Shown here in pieces: positions 59,286-64,000 of a stretch of 64,000 nt of DNA. The DNA lies in contig CAVSFE010000002.1 of the NCBI GenBank assembly GCA_963727315.1, positions 407,723 to 471,722 of the forward strand, read 5' to 3'. A model generated the notes under the pieces. It worked only from the letters and a program-made list of their open reading frames with translations, did not search any database and was not told the DNA's origin. Position 1 is the stretch's first letter, and each line of letters starts with the position of its first letter. The DNA comes from an uncultured Chloroflexia bacterium. GTDB taxonomy: Bacteria; Chloroflexota; Dehalococcoidia; Dehalococcoidales; RBG-16-60-22. The translations under genes and the position numbers were made by a program.

Positions 59286-59606
59286 TTACTGCCCTTTGCC
59301 CTCTTCGGAGCCCCATTTCAGCATTAATTCCTTAAGCCTCTGCCCCAGCTGCGGGCTGGTGCGCAGGCGCTGGATAAAAACGGGGCACCCTTCCAGTAGA
59401 GAGTTCTGCGCCGCCGTCGCCATACTCGACAGGAGGTTCTGCATGCCGCTATCGATCTGCTGGGGGACATTCGTGCCGGGGGTCGCCTGCTCCATCTGGC
59501 GGCGGATATCCTCGGCGGTAAACTTCATCGGTATGACGCAGGCCTTATACCAGGGACATTCCTTGCACTGGACTATCCCGTAGGCTTCGTTCAAAACATC
59601 GTCCAT
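59286..59606 (-). CDS. hypothetical Cys-containing small protein
   Basis: 106 aa. CKECPWYKAC...GCP. Coding-like composition, no family recognised. Confidence 0.45.
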   Translation of the reverse strand: MDDVLNEAYGIVQCKECPWYKACVIPMKFTAEDIRRQMEQATPGTNVPQQIDSGMQNLLSSMATAAQNSLLEGCPVFIQRLRTSPQLGQRLKELMLKWGSEEGKGQ

Positions 59607-59793
59607 AGGTTCCCTCGCTCGTGAGAAAGTCGCTATTCTTGCAGCCTTATTATACCATCTTTCCCGACGAAATTACGGCCTATAGACAAAACAGGCTCGA
59701 CGTCTTATAATCCAGATATACCAATTCAGCCGGCGTTCAACAGGCAGCCAAGGGCACCAGAGGCAAGGTAAAATTTATGAGGAGGAGGGAATT

Positions 59794-60081
59794 ATGGCGC
59801 TTTACATCATGATGACCAACCTCACCGACGAAGGCAGGAAAACGGTAAAAGCCAACCCCATGAGAATTAAAGAAGTCAACAAAGAAGTCGAGGCGATGGG
59901 CGTGAAGATACTAGCCCAGTATGTCACCCTGGGACAGTACGACTTTATTAATATCCTCGAAGCCCCGAATAACGAGACGATAGCCAAGGTGGCGACGGAA
60001 CTGGGTTCCCGCGGTACCCTGCAGACCAATACTCTCGCTGCTTTGACACTGGATAATTATATCAACACGCTTAAAAAGTGA
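59794..60081 (+). CDS. GYD domain protein
   Basis: MALYIMMTNLTDEGRKTVKANP...LGQYDFINILEAPNNETIAKV is the GYD family pattern. Confidence 0.75.
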   Translation: MALYIMMTNLTDEGRKTVKANPMRIKEVNKEVEAMGVKILAQYVTLGQYDFINILEAPNNETIAKVATELGSRGTLQTNTLAALTLDNYINTLKK

Positions 60082-60153
60082 AATCGAATTTCTTGAAGTC
60101 CCTGGTGCCCTTATTCTGCCGCCGGTCCGCCTGTCCACACAAATCAAGGGAGG

Positions 60154-61308
60154 ATGACGATTAAACCCCTCAGCTTCACCCAAATTTCTCTTTACCAGTC
60201 ATGCCCCTTATGCTATAAACTGCAATATATCGACGGCCTCAAAGCAAAAGAAAAATCGTATTTCAGCTTCGGGACCACCATGCACGACTGCGTCGAGCAC
60301 TTTTTCAGGGTCAATACGCCGCCGCCACCATCGCTCGCCGAGCTGCTAAACTATTACGGGCAGAACTGGCTTTCCCAGGGATATGAATCGCCCGAGGAAG
60401 AGGCCAGGTATAAGAAATACGGAAGGGACATCCTGACGCGGTTCTGGGAAATCCACAGCGCCGATTTCCGCCTGCCGGTAGCCCTGGAACGCAATTTCAA
60501 CATCGACATCGAGGGCGTCAAGCTCCGGGGATTTATAGACAGGGTGGACAAGCTGGAAAGCGGCGGGCTGTCCGTCATCGACTACAAGACCAACAAAGAG
60601 CTCTTTACCGCCGATTACCTGGCGGACGACCTCCAGCTGACGATATACCAGATGGCGGCCGAGCAGACCTGGGGACTGCCCGTGGAAAGACTGACGCTCT
60701 ACCACCTGAGGTCGAACACCCCCTGCCATTGCCCGCCGCGGGGTCGGGCACAGCTCGAGCAAGCGCGCCAGCTGATTCTCGAAGTGGCCGACGGCATCAA
60801 CCGGGGCAATTTCCCGGCGGCGGAAGGGCAATTCTGCCCCTGCGATTTCCCCGAGCACTGCCCGTACTATCGGCACCAGTATTTGACTGCCGCCCCCGAG
60901 CCACCCCGCCAGGAAATCATGCCCGGCATCGCCGCTATCGATGCGGCCGAGCGCTACGCCGCCCTGCAGGCGCAGATTAAAGAACTGCAGACGCAGCTCG
61001 AGGAAACCAGGCAAACGATTATCGAGTACTGCCAGAAGGAAGGCCTGAACCGCGTCTTCGGCAACACGTGCGAGGTCACCTACAAACTCACGGAAAGGAC
61101 GGGGTTCAGCGAGGAGGAGGTCAGGGCCCTGCTGGAACCGGAAGGGCTCTGGGCAAAGGTGCTCGGGTTCGACCCGGCGCTCCTCAAGCAGCTCCTCTCC
61201 GACGAAACAGTCCCGCGGGGCATCCGGGATAAACTCGAAACGCTAAAGCGTATCACCTCCGCCTATCCCCAGCTATGGGTAAAAAGACAATCCGGCGAAG
61301 AGGAATAG
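60154..61308 (+). CDS. PD-(D/E)XK nuclease family protein (RecB/AddB-nuclease-like, Cys-cluster type)
   Basis: SFTQISLYQSCPLCYKLQYI..., GFIDRVDKL...SVIDYKT (D...D/ExK), QLTIYQ and C-terminal CPCDFPEHCPYY. Confidence 0.7.
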   Translation: MTIKPLSFTQISLYQSCPLCYKLQYIDGLKAKEKSYFSFGTTMHDCVEHFFRVNTPPPPSLAELLNYYGQNWLSQGYESPEEEARYKKYGRDILTRFWEIHSADFRLPVALERNFNIDIEGVKLRGFIDRVDKLESGGLSVIDYKTNKELFTADYLADDLQLTIYQMAAEQTWGLPVERLTLYHLRSNTPCHCPPRGRAQLEQARQLILEVADGINRGNFPAAEGQFCPCDFPEHCPYYRHQYLTAAPEPPRQEIMPGIAAIDAAERYAALQAQIKELQTQLEETRQTIIEYCQKEGLNRVFGNTCEVTYKLTERTGFSEEEVRALLEPEGLWAKVLGFDPALLKQLLSDETVPRGIRDKLETLKRITSAYPQLWVKRQSGEEE

Positions 61309-61309
61309 C

Positions 61310-61915
61310 TTGTCCAGGATACTGTTGGTAAGACACGGCGTCACCGATTTACATACGGGCGACCGATTCTTGGGCAGGACCGATGTCCCCTTGGGCGATA
61401 CCGGCAAAAAACAGGCGGAGCAACTGCGGGACCGCCTGGCCGCGGAAAAGATGGACGCCATATACACCAGCACGTTGAGTCGCGCCCGCGCTACCGCCGA
61501 AATCATCGCCGCCGGGCGTCGAGTAAAGGTAACCCCCTGCGAAGAGCTCTGCGAATGCGACTTCGGCGACGTTGAAGGGCTGACCTTCGAGGAGATAAAA
61601 CAGAAATATCCGGAGCTTGCGGAGGAACTCATCCAGCGTAAAACGGGGGCGTTCCCCGGCGGCGAAACCCTCGAACAGCTTAACGAACGCGTACAGACCT
61701 TTCTGAAACGACTGGGAAGGCATAAACTTAAGGACACGATACTCATCGTAGCTCACGGGGGGCCACTACGCCTGATAATCTGCAACCTGCTGGGACTGGG
61801 GATGGAGCACTGGGTGCAATTCATGTTATACCACGCTTCGCTTAGCATCGTGAAGATCTATCCCGGGACAGCTATTTTGGACCTGCTTAACGATACTTCA
61901 CACCTTAAGGAATAA
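61310..61915 (+). CDS. histidine phosphatase family protein (PGM/CobC-like)
   Basis: TTG start. ILLVRHGVTD (RHG), ...IVAHGGPLR. Confidence 0.75.
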   Translation: MSRILLVRHGVTDLHTGDRFLGRTDVPLGDTGKKQAEQLRDRLAAEKMDAIYTSTLSRARATAEIIAAGRRVKVTPCEELCECDFGDVEGLTFEEIKQKYPELAEELIQRKTGAFPGGETLEQLNERVQTFLKRLGRHKLKDTILIVAHGGPLRLIICNLLGLGMEHWVQFMLYHASLSIVKIYPGTAILDLLNDTSHLKE

Positions 61916-61918
61916 AAT

Positions 61919-62170
61919 ATGACAAAGATAATCGCTAAAGTAGTATCGCAAAAAGGCAGCTGCCAGGCCGGCCATAAGGTCGGCGACGAATTTGTCATCG
62001 GCCAGACGACGCCCGAGGGCATGTGCTCATGGGCATTCGCCGCGGTGTTCCCCTACGCCGAAGCGCTCGAGTTCGGCGGGGCTTTCCCCTGGGAAAGCGG
62101 CCCGCATAAAGCCCGCGTGGCCTGCTCCGATCCGGACAATCCGGTGATATTCGAGCTGAGAAAAGAATAA
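61919..62170 (+). CDS. TIGR04076 family small protein
   Basis: 83 aa. ...GSCQAGHKVGDEFVIGQTTPEGMCSWAF...GGAFPWE...VACSDPDNPVIFEL. Confidence 0.6.
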   Translation: MTKIIAKVVSQKGSCQAGHKVGDEFVIGQTTPEGMCSWAFAAVFPYAEALEFGGAFPWESGPHKARVACSDPDNPVIFELRKE

Positions 62171-62229
62171 ACTCACCGCCTCATAAACGCCCTGTTTCAG
62201 CCCTCCCTGCCCTGTGCTATACTTGAGAC

Positions 62230-64000
62230 GTGGACAGCCCCGGTAAGGCCAAAGCGCAGATAGAAAAACTCAGGGCAGAAATCAACCGCCACAACTACCT
62301 CTATTACGTCCAGGACAGCCCGGAAATCAGCGACGCCGAATACGACGGCATGATGCGGCAGCTCAAGGGGCTGGAGGAAAAATATCCCCGGTTCCTCACT
62401 CAGGACTCCCCCACACAACGCGTCGGTGCGGCACCTATCGAAGCCTTCGGCGTGGTCAACCACCCGCGCCCCATGCTCTCGCTGGGCAACGTCTTTTCCG
62501 ATGAAGAGCTGATGACCTGGTACAACCGGACAGCGCGACTCGCCGGAAACACGCCTTTCGACTTCGTCGGCGAGCACAAAATAGACGGCCTGGCCGTCGC
62601 CCTCACCTACATCGACCGGCAGTTCGTCACCGGAGCTACCCGCGGCGACGGCTACCGGGGCGAAAACATCACGCAAAACCTCAGGACAATACGCAGCATA
62701 CCCCTCTCCGTGCCCAGAGACGCCCCCGGCCGCTTCGAGGTGCGGGGGGAAGTCTACCTGCCCCGGACGGGCTTCCACAAGCTCAACCAGGAGCGCGCCG
62801 CCGAAGGGCTGCCCCTCTTCGCCAACCCGCGCAACGCAGCCGCAGGGTCGGTGCGGCAGCTCGATTCCCGCATCACCGACCGCCGCCCGCTCGACATCTT
62901 TATCTACATGCTCGGCTACGCCGAGGGAAAAGCAACACCGCCGACCCACTGGGAAACGATGGCCTGGCTGAAATCGCTCGGGTTCAAGATAAACCCAAAT
63001 AATCGACTCTTGAAAAACATCGAAGAAGTCAAACGATATTACCGCACCTGGGAAGAACAGCGGGAGGGGCTTACCTACGAAGCCGACGGCATCGTGGCCA
63101 AGATAAACCAGCTCAACCTGCATGAAGAGCTCGGCGATATCGGGCACGAGCCGCGCTGGGCCATCGCCTACAAGTTCCCCGCCGTCCAGGGCACCACCAA
63201 GCTGAAAAGCATCGATATCAGCGTGGGGCGGACGGGCACCCTCAACCCTTACGCCGTCCTGGAGCCGGTGGCGGTGGGGGGAGTCACGATAAAAAGCGCC
63301 GCCCTCCACAACGAGGACGACATCCGCCGTAAAGACATCCGCGAGGGCGACACGGTCATCATACAGAGGGCGGGCGAGGTCATCCCGGAAATCCTCGGGC
63401 CGGTGGCCGGCAAACGCACCGGCAAGGAAAAGCCGTTCAACCTGCTGGAAAAGCTCCCGAAAAACGCGAAAGGACAGCCAATCTGCCCAGCCTGTCTGCA
63501 GCCCAGCGTCATCAGACCCGAGGGCGAGGTCATGTACTACTGCGCCAACGCCGCCTGCCCGGCCCAGGCGCAGCAGCGCATCGAGCATTGGGCTTCTAAA
63601 GGGGCGATGGACATCCGCGGCATCGGCGAGAACATCAGTGCCACGCTCTACAGGGAGGGGCTGGTCAAAGACGCCGCCGACCTTTACTACCTCAGGAAAG
63701 AGCAACTAGCGGAACTGGAGAAAATGGGCGAAAAAAGCGCGGCGAACATCATGAAGTCCATTGAAAACAGCAAAGAGCGCCCGCTGGCCAGGGTGATTTA
63801 CGCCCTGGGCATCCGGCACATCGGGGAGGAAATGGCGGGGGTGCTCGCCAGCAACTTCCCAAGTATCGATAGACTGGCCGGTGCCACAAAAGAGGAGTTG
63901 ATGCAGATAAGCGCCATCGGCCCGAAGATTGCCCACAGCGTTACTGCGTTTTTCAGTCAGAAAGTCAACCTGGACGTTATACAACGGCTTAAAGAAGCCG
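62230..64000 (+). CDS. ligA: NAD-dependent DNA ligase LigA, 3'-incomplete (runs off the window); absent from the ORF track
   Basis: Frame 1 is open from the GTG at 62230 to the window end. ...INRHNYLYYVQDSPEISDAEYD..., adenylation motif EHKIDGLA, Zn finger CPACLQPS...YYCANAACPAQ, HhH region ...IRHIGEEMAG... The 502-aa minus-strand ORF over the same DNA is its antisense shadow. Confidence 0.9.
   Translation, partial: MDSPGKAKAQIEKLRAEINRHNYLYYVQDSPEISDAEYDGMMRQLKGLEEKYPRFLTQDSPTQRVGAAPIEAFGVVNHPRPMLSLGNVFSDEELMTWYNRTARLAGNTPFDFVGEHKIDGLAVALTYIDRQFVTGATRGDGYRGENITQNLRTIRSIPLSVPRDAPGRFEVRGEVYLPRTGFHKLNQERAAEGLPLFANPRNAAAGSVRQLDSRITDRRPLDIFIYMLGYAEGKATPPTHWETMAWLKSLGFKINPNNRLLKNIEEVKRYYRTWEEQREGLTYEADGIVAKINQLNLHEELGDIGHEPRWAIAYKFPAVQGTTKLKSIDISVGRTGTLNPYAVLEPVAVGGVTIKSAALHNEDDIRRKDIREGDTVIIQRAGEVIPEILGPVAGKRTGKEKPFNLLEKLPKNAKGQPICPACLQPSVIRPEGEVMYYCANAACPAQAQQRIEHWASKGAMDIRGIGENISATLYREGLVKDAADLYYLRKEQLAELEKMGEKSAANIMKSIENSKERPLARVIYALGIRHIGEEMAGVLASNFPSIDRLAGATKEELMQISAIGPKIAHSVTAFFSQKVNLDVIQRLKEA

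Noticed and set aside
62197-63984. A 502-aa ORF (62197..63705, minus) and a 92-aa ORF (63706..63984, minus), the longest 'genes' in this part of the track.
   Set aside because: They are antisense shadows of ligA. The plus-strand frame 1 encodes an unmistakable NAD-dependent ligase (KxDG, Zn finger, HhH) that is open to the window end. The minus-strand products are low-complexity Gly/Ala/Arg/Val-rich with no motifs.

Overview
This 64-kb window looks like chromosome from a fairly GC-rich anaerobe. The gene content (many family-III CoA-transferases, SDRs, AOR, ADP-forming acetyl-CoA synthetase, small cupins, HdrA/MvhD/MetFV) suggests a Chloroflexota/Dehalococcoidia-like organism, but that is inference only. 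The layout is as follows. (1) 1-11.4 kb is an acyl-CoA cluster built around a B12-dependent glutamate-mutase-like GlmE/GlmS/GlmL trio, with three family-III CoA-transferases, a crotonase, two SDRs and a MarR regulator. (2) A tRNA-Glu(CUC) at 11448-11524 is followed by about 22.5 kb of visibly more AT-rich DNA. This DNA is bounded by an exact 19-nt direct repeat of the tRNA 3' end (11508-11526 and 33985-34003), so I call it a putative integrated genomic island with no intact integrase. It carries an orphan peptide-type binding protein, two paralogous lipoproteins, a MalT/LuxR-type STAND regulator plus a truncated second copy, and a MetF-MetV-MvhD-HdrA(GltD-fused)-HdrC-like operon with an embedded histidine kinase and two CheY-like receivers. 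(3) 34.5-40.2 kb is a SipW/TasA-type secreted-fibre locus preceded by two OmpR-type regulators with degenerate receiver domains. (4) Next come an XRE/ImmA pair, cupin paralogs and a FadH-like flavoenzyme. (5) 47.0-50.9 kb is an operon of a KamA-family aminomutase, two Ddl-like ATP-grasp ligases and a GNAT. (6) The rest holds a Liv-type ABC transporter, two tandem SDRs, an orphan promoter-to-terminator unit of about 250 nt (candidate ncRNA), rpe, housekeeping genes and a 3'-open ligA that the ORF track misses. At least eight conserved genes are broken or extended by single-nucleotide frame changes. These are either assembly indels or real gene decay, and the sequence alone cannot decide. No CRISPR array, rRNA or intact transposase/integrase was seen.
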